A stretch of DNA of 64,000 bases, taken from the NCBI GenBank assembly GCA_031414955.1, contig JANOQV010000242.1, positions 1-64,000 of the forward strand, written 5' to 3'. Both the position numbers and the translations under genes were made by a program. Shown piece by piece: positions 29,211 to 38,384 of the stretch (position 1 is its first letter; every line of letters begins with the position of its first letter). The notes under the pieces were generated by a model. That model ran no database searches, was not told where the DNA came from, and was given only the letters and a program-made list of their open reading frames with translations. Source of the DNA: Pedosphaera sp. Its GTDB lineage: Bacteria > Verrucomicrobiota > Verrucomicrobiia > Limisphaerales > SIBH01.

Positions 29211-29984
29211 TCACTTCCTCCGATGGGCGAGGAACCAGTTCCAAATCTCCGGCTCCTGATAAGCCTGCGTCCAGGAGTCGTGGCCGGCTTCGGGATAGAT
29301 GGTGAGTTTCACCTCGGGGCAGCCGGCCCGCCGCAGGGCGTTGGTCATGCGTTCGGATTCTTCCAGCGGCACCACCGAATCTTTGGCCCCGTGAAAGGCC
29401 CACACTCCCAGCGTCTGGAGCGCGGCTTTCTTTTTCTGGGTTGCGAGGAGAACGGGAATACGGTCCCCGCCGCCGCAGATGGGCGCGATGGCGGCGAAGC
29501 GTTCGGGGTATTTCGTGCCCAGGCTCCAGGTGCCGTAGCCGCCCATGCTCAGGCCGGTCAGGTAAATGCGGTTCGTGTCCACATGGTATCGGGCCACGAG
29601 GTCGTCGATCAGGGCGAGCAGTTCATCATCAAGCCAGGCGCGGCCTTCCGGGCACTGCGGCGAGGCCACGATGAAGGGGAGTTTGGCCCCGGCCAGGATC
29701 AGCTTGGGTGGTCCGTGGACGGCCACCTTGTTTACGTTCGTGCCGCGCTCGCCCGCGCCGTGCAGGAAGAGCAGGAGCGGCCAGGCTGCACCGCCCGTCT
29801 GGTAGCCGGCGGGCAGGGCGAGGAGGTAATCGAGCTGGGCGGTGCGGGTGATCTGTTTCTTGAATCGTTGCGGAGTTTGCATGGCGGCGGGCGGGGCTTG
29901 GGGTTCGGGCGTGGTCAGAGTGGTGCAACCGGTGAGCGCCGCCCCGAGGGCCAGGGCGGTCAGGATGGTCAAAGTTTTGCGCAT
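29211..29984 (-). CDS. Alpha/beta hydrolase (esterase / prolyl oligopeptidase-like) lipoprotein
   Basis: Lipobox ALTGC, FLHGAGERG, GLSMGG, HGAKD, GHDSW. Confidence 0.88.
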   Translation of the reverse strand: MRKTLTILTALALGAALTGCTTLTTPEPQAPPAAMQTPQRFKKQITRTAQLDYLLALPAGYQTGGAAWPLLLFLHGAGERGTNVNKVAVHGPPKLILAGAKLPFIVASPQCPEGRAWLDDELLALIDDLVARYHVDTNRIYLTGLSMGGYGTWSLGTKYPERFAAIAPICGGGDRIPVLLATQKKKAALQTLGVWAFHGAKDSVVPLEESERMTNALRRAGCPEVKLTIYPEAGHDSWTQAYQEPEIWNWFLAHRRK

Positions 29985-30082
29985 GGGCGATTCGTAGCGA
30001 GACGCGGAGATGGAGGCAAGTGTCCTGTGGCCCGGCTCGGTCTGGCTCGACGCCCACGCCTGACCTGCCTAGCTTTGCCGCC

Positions 30083-30805
30083 ATGAAAACAGTCGTTCGC
30101 CTGCTGCCCTGGTTGTTGCTGTGCGCGGCCATCGTGTTCCTTGGTCTCGATTATCGCACGCTCTCGATCCTGCGCTCCGAGAACGAGGGGTGGCGGGCCA
30201 CGCTCCAGGCGCGCGAGGCGGCGGTGAATCTGGACCGCACCGTGGAGCAGGCGAAGGAGGGGGAAATGATCCGGCTGCGCGCGGAGGTCGAACAACTGCC
30301 CAAGCTGCGCGGAGAGTTGATGCGGCTGCGCGGCGCGACGGGCGAAGTGACGCGGTGGCAGCAGGAGGGGCAGCGGCTGGCGGCGGAGAATGAGCGGCTG
30401 CGCACGGCTTCGGCTTCGGCGGCGACCGCCGCCAGTCCGGCGCTGGCCCCCGTGTCCGGCCTCGTGCCGCGCGAGCAGTTTGCCTTCGTGGGTTACGGCA
30501 CGCCGGTGGCCGCGCTGCAATCCGTGCTCTGGGGCATGGGGCAGGGGGATTTGAAGTCGATGCTGGCGGGGATGACGCCCGAGATGCAGGCGTTGGGCCA
30601 GAAGGATTGGGCCAACAAGACCGAGTTGGAAGTGGCGGAGGAATTGAAACGCGGGTCGCAAAAGCTTGCCAGCTTTCAGGTGCTCAAGACGGAGCCGGGG
30701 GAGGACGGCACCATCACGCTCACGGTGTTCATGGGCGGCTCCGAGGCCACGCAGAAGATGAAGTTCCGGCGCGTGGGCGAGGAGTGGAAGCTGTCGCCGA
30801 AGTAG
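30083..30805 (+). CDS. Hypothetical membrane-anchored coiled-coil protein
   Basis: N-terminal hydrophobic helix, LRxEV..L.KLRGE coiled coil, GYGTPVAALQS…GEEWKL tail; ATG 30083. Confidence 0.7.
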   Translation: MKTVVRLLPWLLLCAAIVFLGLDYRTLSILRSENEGWRATLQAREAAVNLDRTVEQAKEGEMIRLRAEVEQLPKLRGELMRLRGATGEVTRWQQEGQRLAAENERLRTASASAATAASPALAPVSGLVPREQFAFVGYGTPVAALQSVLWGMGQGDLKSMLAGMTPEMQALGQKDWANKTELEVAEELKRGSQKLASFQVLKTEPGEDGTITLTVFMGGSEATQKMKFRRVGEEWKLSPK

Positions 30806-30832
30806 GCGGGCGAGCTGTCGGCGGTGGACCGC

Positions 30833-31285
30833 TTACGGCAACAGTTGGCCGACGAGGCTGCTGATGGTCTTGCCGTCGGCGCGACCGGCGGCTTTGGCCT
30901 GGACGGCTTTCATGACCGCGCCCATCTGCTTTTTTTCGGTGGCCCCAAGTTCCTGGATGGTGGCGCGGATGAGGGCTTCCAGTTCCTCAGGTGAGAGCGG
31001 TTGGGGGAGAAAGATTTCCAGCACGGCGATCTCGGCGTGTTCGGTCGCGGCGAGTTCCGGTCGTCCGCCGGCGGTGTATTGTTCGGCCGAGTCGCGGCGC
31101 TTTTTGACCTCGCGCTGGACCACGGTGATGAAGTCGGGGTCGGAGAGGGCATCGGTCTTCTTCTCGATCTGGAGGTAGCCGAGGGCGGACTTCAACATGC
31201 GGAGGGCGTTGAGCCGGGCGGCCGCCCGGGCCAGCATGGCGGCTTTGATTTCGTGCTGAAGTTTTTCGTTCAGGGTCATGATCAA
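30833..31285 (-). CDS. yqeY: GatB/YqeY domain protein
   Basis: IKAAM…LRMLKSAL…KKRRDS…GRPELA…LPQPLS…GRADGK. Confidence 0.9.
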   Translation of the reverse strand: MIMTLNEKLQHEIKAAMLARAAARLNALRMLKSALGYLQIEKKTDALSDPDFITVVQREVKKRRDSAEQYTAGGRPELAATEHAEIAVLEIFLPQPLSPEELEALIRATIQELGATEKKQMGAVMKAVQAKAAGRADGKTISSLVGQLLP

Positions 31286-32034
31286 TCCTCGGTCAGTTTG
31301 CGCAGTTTGTCGCGGACCTCGGCGGCCTTCTCGTAGTTCTCGTCGCGCACCGCTTCGTTCAGGGCCAGTTCCAGTTTCTCGCGCTTGCTTAAGGGGCGCG
31401 CGCTGTTGATTTCATTCATCCAAGTCTGGAGATATTGCGCTTCGGGGCTGGGCTCCAGGTGGTGACGGCCCAGCTCGGCATAGAACTGTTTAAGCTCGGA
31501 GAGGCCGCGCTCAATTTCCTGGAGGGCGTCGCGATGTCGTTTGTTCGCGAGCTTCCGGCCCGCCTTCGCGCGGGTTTGCACGAGGAGCAACTGCGGGCGG
31601 AATTGCTGGAGCGCCCAGGCCAGCTCCTCGGTCTCGGCGTAGCGGGCCACGAAATTGAAGACCGCGAGATTGCGTCCGGTGTCGCGCACCACCGCCTCGA
31701 AATCCTCGAGCTCGAGCAGGCAGATATAGCGGTGGTGAAACTGGAGCGCCTCGAGCTGGAGCTTGGCGCAGTCGTCGGGCTTGAGTCGGAAGTTGTCGTC
31801 GCCGCCGTGCTCGTCGGTGTGTTTCTTGAGCCGGGCTTCCTGGTACTCGAAGAGGGACGGGTGCCCCATGGGTCGTTTGCCATCGGGGCGACCCTCGGCA
31901 TTCATCTGGAGCAGGCCGAGGTCCACTCGCAATTGGATTTTCCCCTGGCCGTCGCGCCCCGTCAGTTTCCTGACGATGATTTGTCCCGGCTGGTAATCCC
32001 AATTCTCGAGCAGGTTCGAGATGTCGAAATTCAT
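31282..32034 (-). CDS. UvrB/UvrC motif-containing protein
   Basis: IQLRVDLGLLQM…GRPDG; C-terminal ALNEAVRDENYEKAAEVRD UVR motif. Confidence 0.85.
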   Translation of the reverse strand: MNFDISNLLENWDYQPGQIIVRKLTGRDGQGKIQLRVDLGLLQMNAEGRPDGKRPMGHPSLFEYQEARLKKHTDEHGGDDNFRLKPDDCAKLQLEALQFHHRYICLLELEDFEAVVRDTGRNLAVFNFVARYAETEELAWALQQFRPQLLLVQTRAKAGRKLANKRHRDALQEIERGLSELKQFYAELGRHHLEPSPEAQYLQTWMNEINSARPLSKREKLELALNEAVRDENYEKAAEVRDKLRKLTED

Positions 32035-32126
32035 GTGGGCGAAGTATGGGCCCGCCGCCGATCAAGTCAACGGGAGGGCCGAAGAAACTCAGGGCCGACG
32101 CCTCTAATTTCGCGGTGTTTCGCACG

Positions 32127-32251
32127 AAATCCCAAATCCCAAATCTCAAATAAATTCCAACGGCCCAAATTCCAAAACCAGGCGTTCGCACTGCCATGGG
32201 AGTTTGGAATTGAGAGCTTATTTGGGATTGAGGATTTGGATTTTGGGTTTT
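32127..32251. repeat. Inverted arrays of heptamer tandem repeats (AAATCCC / GGGATTT)
   Basis: aaatcccaaatcccaaatctcaaataa is near-complementary to ttatttgggattgaggatttggatttt. Confidence 0.85.
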
Positions 32252-32359
32252 AGCCCGTGGAACCAAACATTTTGAGGCGTCGGCCCTGCGGAGAAACTCT
32301 CGGGTGCCCGGTTGAATTTTCGCTTCTCGGCTGGCCGCCGGTTCCGCAATGTGGGCCCG

Positions 32360-33211
32360 ATGATGTCGCTCCCGCAGGAACTCGTTTTGAAACTCGTCCG
32401 GGCCGCGCTGGCTGAAGACGTGGGCTCTGGGGACGTGACCACGCTCTCGACGGTGCCAGCGGCGGCGTCCGCGCGCGCCGCGATGGTGGCGCGGGAGGAG
32501 ATGGTGATCTGCGGCGGGCAGTTCGCGGCCGCGGCCTTTCACGAGTTGGACGAGGCCACCCAGGTCGCGCGACTTGTGCCGGACGGAACGCGGGTCCCAA
32601 AGGGCGCCAGCCTGGTCGAGATCATCGGCCCGGCCCGGGCTTTGCTGACGGCGGAACGCGTGGCGTTGAACTTCATGCAACGACTTTCCGGCGTGGCCTC
32701 GCTGGCCGGACAGTTCGTCGCCGCCGTGGCCGGAACGGGCGCGGTCATTCTCGACACGCGCAAGACCACGCCGGGCTGGCGTGAACTGGAGAAACACGCG
32801 GTGCGCTGCGGCGGGGCGCGCAATCATCGGGTCGGACTCTGGGACATGGTGTTGATCAAGGACAACCACCTCGCCGCCCTGCGTGAGGCCCGGCCCAATG
32901 CCATCGCCGCGGCGGTGCAAAGTGCGCGCGAGCTTTACCCCGCGCTCAAGGTGGAAGTGGAAGCGGACACCTTGGAGCAGGTGGGGCAGGCCGCGGAGGC
33001 CGGGGCCGACATCATTCTGCTCGACAACATGTCCTTGGAACAACTGGGCCAGGCCGTGGCCCTGGTGCGCGGTCGCGCGAAGACCGAAGCCAGCGGCGGC
33101 GTCAATTTGCAGACCGTGCGCGGCATCGCCCAGACCGGCGTCGATTTCATCTCGGTCGGCGCGATGACGCACTCCGCGCGGTCGATGGACATCGGCCTGG
33201 ATTTTCTCTAA
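32360..33211 (+). CDS. nadC: Quinolinate phosphoribosyltransferase
   Basis: EDVGSGDVTT, ERVALNF, DTRKTTPG, HRVGL, IKDNH, LLDNM, EASGG. Confidence 0.96.
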   Translation: MMSLPQELVLKLVRAALAEDVGSGDVTTLSTVPAAASARAAMVAREEMVICGGQFAAAAFHELDEATQVARLVPDGTRVPKGASLVEIIGPARALLTAERVALNFMQRLSGVASLAGQFVAAVAGTGAVILDTRKTTPGWRELEKHAVRCGGARNHRVGLWDMVLIKDNHLAALREARPNAIAAAVQSARELYPALKVEVEADTLEQVGQAAEAGADIILLDNMSLEQLGQAVALVRGRAKTEASGGVNLQTVRGIAQTGVDFISVGAMTHSARSMDIGLDFL

Positions 33212-33214
33212 GCC

Positions 33215-34189
33215 ATGACCCTGGACGCGCAAATCCTGTCCGAGTTGCGGCGGGCCGGCCCGGACGGCATCGGCGCGGCCACGCTGGCGCTGCGGGTGCG
33301 ACAGGACTCGGCTGCGGTGGCCGGGCGCATCGGCGAACTGGGCCGGTTGGGCTATGAGATTGAGGCCACTCCGCACTTTGGCTTTCGCCTCCGCAGCGCC
33401 CCGGACCTGCTCCACGCCGATGATTTGATTTCCCGGCTGTCGCAGCCGCGCATCATCGGGCGCGACATTCAGGTCTTTCAACAAACCAGTTCCACCAATG
33501 ACATCGCCGACAAACTGGCGCGCGACGGGGTGCGGGAAGGCGTGGTCGTCTTCGCCGAAGCGCAGACCAAAGGCCGCGGCCGGCTCGGGCGCGAATGGCT
33601 CTCGCCGCCTGGCCTGGGACTTTGGTTTTCCGTGCTGCTGCGCCCGCCGTTGCCGCCGGGCCAGGTCACGCAACTGACCATTGCCGCTGCGACCGCCGTG
33701 GCCCGGGCCATTCGAACCCAGACCGGCCTGGGGCCGCAGATCAAGTGGCCGAATGACATTCTCCTCGGCGGCAAGAAGGCCGTGGGCATCCTCACCGAGT
33801 TGACTGCGGAGCTGGATCGCGTGCGTCATGTGGTGCTCGGCATCGGCGTGGACGTGAATGTGGAGAGTTTTCCAGGCGAACTCGGCGCGGTGGCGACCTC
33901 GCTGGCGCTCGCGGCGGGACGGAAATTTTCACGCGGTGACGTGGCGGCGGCGATTCTTCAGGAACTGGAAGTCGATTACGCCCGCCTCGGGCGCGGGGAG
34001 TTCGCCGCCCTGGCCGAGGAGTGGGAGCAGCAGTGCGTCACCCTCGGCCAGCGCGTGCGGATCCACATCGGCGACCGGACCCTCAGCGGACGCTGTGAAT
34101 CACTGGACAACGACGGAGCCTTGCTCGTGCGCACCGATCACGGGCGCCTCGAGCGCATCATCGGCGGCGACGTGGTGCTGGAGAAGTGA
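33215..34189 (+). CDS. birA: Biotin-protein ligase with N-terminal HTH
   Basis: SSTND, QTKGRGRLGR.W, KWPND, KAVGIL. Confidence 0.95.
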   Translation: MTLDAQILSELRRAGPDGIGAATLALRVRQDSAAVAGRIGELGRLGYEIEATPHFGFRLRSAPDLLHADDLISRLSQPRIIGRDIQVFQQTSSTNDIADKLARDGVREGVVVFAEAQTKGRGRLGREWLSPPGLGLWFSVLLRPPLPPGQVTQLTIAAATAVARAIRTQTGLGPQIKWPNDILLGGKKAVGILTELTAELDRVRHVVLGIGVDVNVESFPGELGAVATSLALAAGRKFSRGDVAAAILQELEVDYARLGRGEFAALAEEWEQQCVTLGQRVRIHIGDRTLSGRCESLDNDGALLVRTDHGRLERIIGGDVVLEK

Positions 34190-34311
34190 AGTCGCGGCCT
34201 GAATTCGTCGCGTCGTCGGCGCGGAGAACAGGCCGTCGTCCGCCGCCCTCAATCCCACCTGCTCCCGTGCTTCTGCTTGGACAGCCCAACTCCCTCGCCT
34301 AGTCTTCGCTC

Positions 34312-35364
34312 GTGCTCGCAGACCTGCAAACGCAGTTGATGGATAACGCGCCGCTCACGCCGTCTCAAGTCGGCGCGGCGGTGCGTGAATTGACTTCTGA
34401 ATCTGTTCCCCCCGAGGTGAAGGCGGACTTTCTCGGCGCGCTCGCGGTCAAAGGCGAGACGGTGGAGGAGCTCGCGGCCTTCGCGCGCGAGTTGCGGGAT
34501 TTGTCCCTCCAGCCGCCGCTCGACGCGGAGTTGCGGGCCGGCGAAATTCTCGACGTGTGCGGCACCGGCGGGGATCGGCTCAACACTTTCAACATCTCGA
34601 CGACTGTCGCGATCCTCGCCGCATCCGCCGGCGTCACCGTGGCCAAGCACGGTAATCGCGCCGTCACCTCACAATCAGGCAGCGCTGATGTTCTGGAAGC
34701 CCTTGGCATCCGGGTGGATTTGGACCCGGCCCAGGCGGCCCAGGCCTTGCGCGAGCACCACTTCGCATTCTTCTTCGCCCCGAAATATCATCCGGCTTTC
34801 AAGCACATCGCCCCGGCGCGCAAGCTTTGCGCCGCGCGCGGTCAGCACACCATTTTCAATCTGCTGGGCCCGCTGCTCAATCCGGCGCGGCCCAGCGCGC
34901 AACTCATTGGCGTGCCGCGTCCGGAACTGTGCGAACCGATGGCGCGCGTGTTGCAATCGCTCGGGGTCCGGCGCGGCCTGGTGGTGTGCGGGCAGGTCGC
35001 GTCCCCGACCGCGGGGCCAGCCGTCTGGCTGGATGAGTTTTCGACCTTGGGCGGGAATCACGTCGCGGAATTTTATCAGGAGCGCGGCTTTCACGTTTCC
35101 TCATTTTCGCCCCAGGCGTTTCCCATTCAAACCGGGACGCTTGACGATCTGGTCGGCGGCGACCGCGCGGCCAACGCGGAGATTCTCCGGCGCATCTTGC
35201 GCGGTGAGGAACGCGGTCCGAAGCGCGACGCCGTGCTGCTCAACGCCGCCGCCGCGCTCTTCGTGGCGGGTCGCGTGAAAAGTTTTGCCGAGGGCTGGGA
35301 AGTGGCGGTGGAGCGGATCGAGAGCGGCCGGGCCTTCGAGAAGTTGCAGGCGCTGGCGGCCTGA
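34312..35364 (+). CDS. trpD: Anthranilate phosphoribosyltransferase
   Basis: DVCGTGGD…FNIST, KHGNRAVTSQSGSADVLE, FNLLGPLLNP. Confidence 0.95.
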   Translation: MLADLQTQLMDNAPLTPSQVGAAVRELTSESVPPEVKADFLGALAVKGETVEELAAFARELRDLSLQPPLDAELRAGEILDVCGTGGDRLNTFNISTTVAILAASAGVTVAKHGNRAVTSQSGSADVLEALGIRVDLDPAQAAQALREHHFAFFFAPKYHPAFKHIAPARKLCAARGQHTIFNLLGPLLNPARPSAQLIGVPRPELCEPMARVLQSLGVRRGLVVCGQVASPTAGPAVWLDEFSTLGGNHVAEFYQERGFHVSSFSPQAFPIQTGTLDDLVGGDRAANAEILRRILRGEERGPKRDAVLLNAAAALFVAGRVKSFAEGWEVAVERIESGRAFEKLQALAA

Positions 35365-35433
35365 CCAGGTTGGGCCTCATCTGTTTCAATTTTTTGAGTG
35401 CGCCCGGGCCGGCTGGCCCGCACACTCCTTTTC

Positions 35434-36594
35434 ATGGTCGCGCACCTGGCAACCTTTTCGTTCCCGACCGCCATTGTCTTCGGACAGGGCGCGGGCGCGG
35501 AACTCCCCGCGCGGCTCCGGCAAATGGGCGCGCGCCGTTCCCTCCTCGTCACGGACAAGGCGCTGGCCCAGACCACGGCCTTCGATCTGCTGGCCGATCA
35601 CCTTGGTCGCGCCAACCTGGGGAAGACCTGGGAGTTGTTCGACGGCGTGCATCCGAACCCCAGCGAATCGGACGTGGGGGCGGCGGCCCAGGCCTTTCGC
35701 GAAGCCAGGTGTGACACCGTGATTGCCTTCGGCGGGGGCAGCGCCATGGACGTGGGGAAAGCCATGCGGCTGCTGGTGAAACGTCCCGAGCTCAAGCTCA
35801 AGGATTTCAAATTCAACGACGACTGGAACGGCCTGCCGCGCTGCGTGGCCATTCCCACCACGGCGGGAACCGGGAGCGAAGTCAGCCGCAGTGTCGTGCT
35901 CCAGCTCCACGACTCGCACCAGAAGACGGTGCTCTTTCTCCCGCGCCTGCTGCCCAAGCTGGCCATCCTCGACCCGGATCTGACGCGTGACTTGCCGCCG
36001 CAGTTGACGGCCACCACCGGCCTGGGCGCCTTCGCGCACTGTGTCGAGGCCTTCACCTCGCCCAATCTCAATCCGATGTGCGACGGCATCGCGCTGGAGG
36101 CGTTGCGGCTGATTGTCGAGGCGCTGCCCCGCGCCGTGGCGCACGGTCACGATGCCGACGCGCGAGGCAAAATGTTGCTCGCGGCGGCCATGGGCGGCGT
36201 GGCTTTCCAGAAAGCACTCGGCGCGACCCACGCGCTGGCCCATCCGTTGACAGCGCTGGCCGGGATGCACTACGGCACGGCCAACGCCGTGCTGCTGCCG
36301 CACCTCATGCACTTCAACGCCCAGCGCAAGCCGGGCCTCTACCGGCGCGTGGGCCAGGCCTGTGGCCTGGAGCTGGCTGGCGTGGCCGCCGAACTGGCTG
36401 ATTTTCGCACCATCGAGTTCGTGCGGAAGTTCATCGGCGATCTCGGGGCCAAACACGCCCTGCACCAGTATGGAGTCCATGAAACGCAACTCGGCGCGCT
36501 GACCGATCAGGCCTTCGCGGATGAATCCCACCTGACCAATCCCGTGCCGGTCAATCGGGATGAGATCAGCGCTCTCTACCGCGCGGCTTACTGA
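35434..36594 (+). CDS. Iron-containing alcohol dehydrogenase family protein with altered metal ligands
   Basis: GGGSAMD, IPTTAGTGSE, AILDP, HALAH; ATG 35434. Confidence 0.88.
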   Translation: MVAHLATFSFPTAIVFGQGAGAELPARLRQMGARRSLLVTDKALAQTTAFDLLADHLGRANLGKTWELFDGVHPNPSESDVGAAAQAFREARCDTVIAFGGGSAMDVGKAMRLLVKRPELKLKDFKFNDDWNGLPRCVAIPTTAGTGSEVSRSVVLQLHDSHQKTVLFLPRLLPKLAILDPDLTRDLPPQLTATTGLGAFAHCVEAFTSPNLNPMCDGIALEALRLIVEALPRAVAHGHDADARGKMLLAAAMGGVAFQKALGATHALAHPLTALAGMHYGTANAVLLPHLMHFNAQRKPGLYRRVGQACGLELAGVAAELADFRTIEFVRKFIGDLGAKHALHQYGVHETQLGALTDQAFADESHLTNPVPVNRDEISALYRAAY

Positions 36595-36624
36595 CCAAGC
36601 TCCGTGGAGGAGTCCGATCACGAC

Positions 36625-38178
36625 ATGAGCCGAAAGCACTTTTATGGTCGTTGGGCGTTCCGTCTGGCCGCGCTGGGCCTCGTCGCGGCGGTGATCTGGG
36701 TCTGGCTGTTCATCGAGAAACAGCGCCAGGACAAATGGATCTTCACGGCGGGAATCGGCCTGGTGGCCTGGGCGGGTTTTCTGATCTGGGTTCTTCTCCT
36801 CTCCCGTTGGCGGGCGCGGGCGCGCTGGTCGGTCTTCCTCGGCACCATGGCTCTCGTGATCTTTTGCCGCCTGGGACTGCGCATCAGCGGGGTGACGGGT
36901 GATTTGCTGCCCATTGTCGAAGGGCGCTGGACCAAGAGCGCGGCGGTGTCAGCGACGCAGATTGTGAAGTCCGCACCGGCGGAACCCGCCGCCCTCACGA
37001 ACCGCTATCCGCAATTCCTCGGGCCGGATCGTAACGGAGTGCTGTCGGGACCGCAGCTCGCGCGCGACTGGAAGCTGTCCGCGCCCGTGGAACTCTGGCG
37101 GTGCGCGGTCGGTCCGGCCTGGTCGGGTTTTGCCCTGGAGGGTTCGCGCGCGGTCACGCAAGAGCAGCGCGGGGCGGAGGAACTCGTGGTGTGCCGCGAG
37201 TTGGCCACCGGACGCGAACTGTGGTCGCACTCGGATCGCTCGCGTTACGCCACGACCATTGCCGGCGAAGGGCCGCGCGCCACCCCGACCATCGCCGGGG
37301 ACCGCGTCTTCACGATGGGTGGGGCCGGCGTGCTGAACTGCCTCGACCTCGCCACCGGCCGCGTGATTTGGGGCACCAACACGATCCGGCAACTGGCCGC
37401 CGAAATTCCGGCCTGGGGCGTGGCCTGCTCGCCGCTCGTCACGGAGCACGCCGTCATCGTCACCGTGGGCGGCTCCTGGCACACGCTCGTGGCCTACGAC
37501 CGGAACAATGGCGCGCGCCTTTGGGCGGCGGCGGCTGACGATCCAGAATTGGCCGGGGCGCACTGGAGTTCCCCGGTGCGCGCGGTGCTGGACGGCGTGC
37601 CGCAAATTCTCACCTTCAACCATTCCCTGGCGGCGCACGACGAGCGCACCGGCCGGGTGCTCTGGCACTCGCCCTGGCCCGGCAAGAATCCGCGCGTCTC
37701 CCTGCCGCTCGTGCTGCCGGGAGATCGCGTGCTGCTCTCGACGGGCTACGGCGTCGGCGCGGAGTTGTTGCAAGTGACGCAGGAGAACAATGGCTGGCGG
37801 GCCACGCGCCTTTGGAAATCGCTGCGCATGAAGTCGAAGTTCGGCCACTGCTTCGTCCTCGACGGTTTTCTCTACGGTCTGGACGACGGGGCGCTGGCCT
37901 GCGTGGACCTGACCGATGGAGGATTGAAGTGGAAGGGCGACCGCTATGGTCACGGCCAGATGATGCTCGTGGGCGGTTTGCTGCTGCTCATGGCCGAGAG
38001 CGGCGAGATGGTGCTGCTCGAACCGAGTCCGGCCGGGCCGCGCGAATTGTCCCGGTTCAAGGTGTTCAAGACCAAGACCTGGAATCCACCCGCCCTTGCC
38101 GGCGATTTGCTCGTGGTGCGAAACGACCGCGAAGCCGCCGGCCTGCGCCTGCCGACCGTGGCGCGAGCCGTCCGCTGA
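36625..38178 (+). CDS. Membrane-anchored PQQ-like / BamB-type beta-propeller protein
   Basis: N-terminal TM helices; PQFLGPDRNG, GPRATP, TG..LW repeats, TWNPPA. Confidence 0.85.
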   Translation: MSRKHFYGRWAFRLAALGLVAAVIWVWLFIEKQRQDKWIFTAGIGLVAWAGFLIWVLLLSRWRARARWSVFLGTMALVIFCRLGLRISGVTGDLLPIVEGRWTKSAAVSATQIVKSAPAEPAALTNRYPQFLGPDRNGVLSGPQLARDWKLSAPVELWRCAVGPAWSGFALEGSRAVTQEQRGAEELVVCRELATGRELWSHSDRSRYATTIAGEGPRATPTIAGDRVFTMGGAGVLNCLDLATGRVIWGTNTIRQLAAEIPAWGVACSPLVTEHAVIVTVGGSWHTLVAYDRNNGARLWAAAADDPELAGAHWSSPVRAVLDGVPQILTFNHSLAAHDERTGRVLWHSPWPGKNPRVSLPLVLPGDRVLLSTGYGVGAELLQVTQENNGWRATRLWKSLRMKSKFGHCFVLDGFLYGLDDGALACVDLTDGGLKWKGDRYGHGQMMLVGGLLLLMAESGEMVLLEPSPAGPRELSRFKVFKTKTWNPPALAGDLLVVRNDREAAGLRLPTVARAVR

Positions 38179-38384
38179 TCCCGGAGCGCGTCCGGGCCGC
38201 GGTTGATGCTGTGCAACGGGGATTGTGTTCGTATTACGATTCGTCCTGTGCGATTCTCCCGCCATCCACGATTTGCAAAAGCTCATCCAATTGCTGCGCG
38301 GAGCGGGAAGCAGCACGGCTGTTGTGGCCACAACCCGCAGCGAGATGCGAAGCGAACGAGCGGAATCACTGAAGAATAACAATT

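Noticed and set aside
31511..33829. 772-aa minus-strand ORF across nadC and birA
   Set aside because: Overlaps well-supported genes and reads through a repeat element; low-complexity translation.
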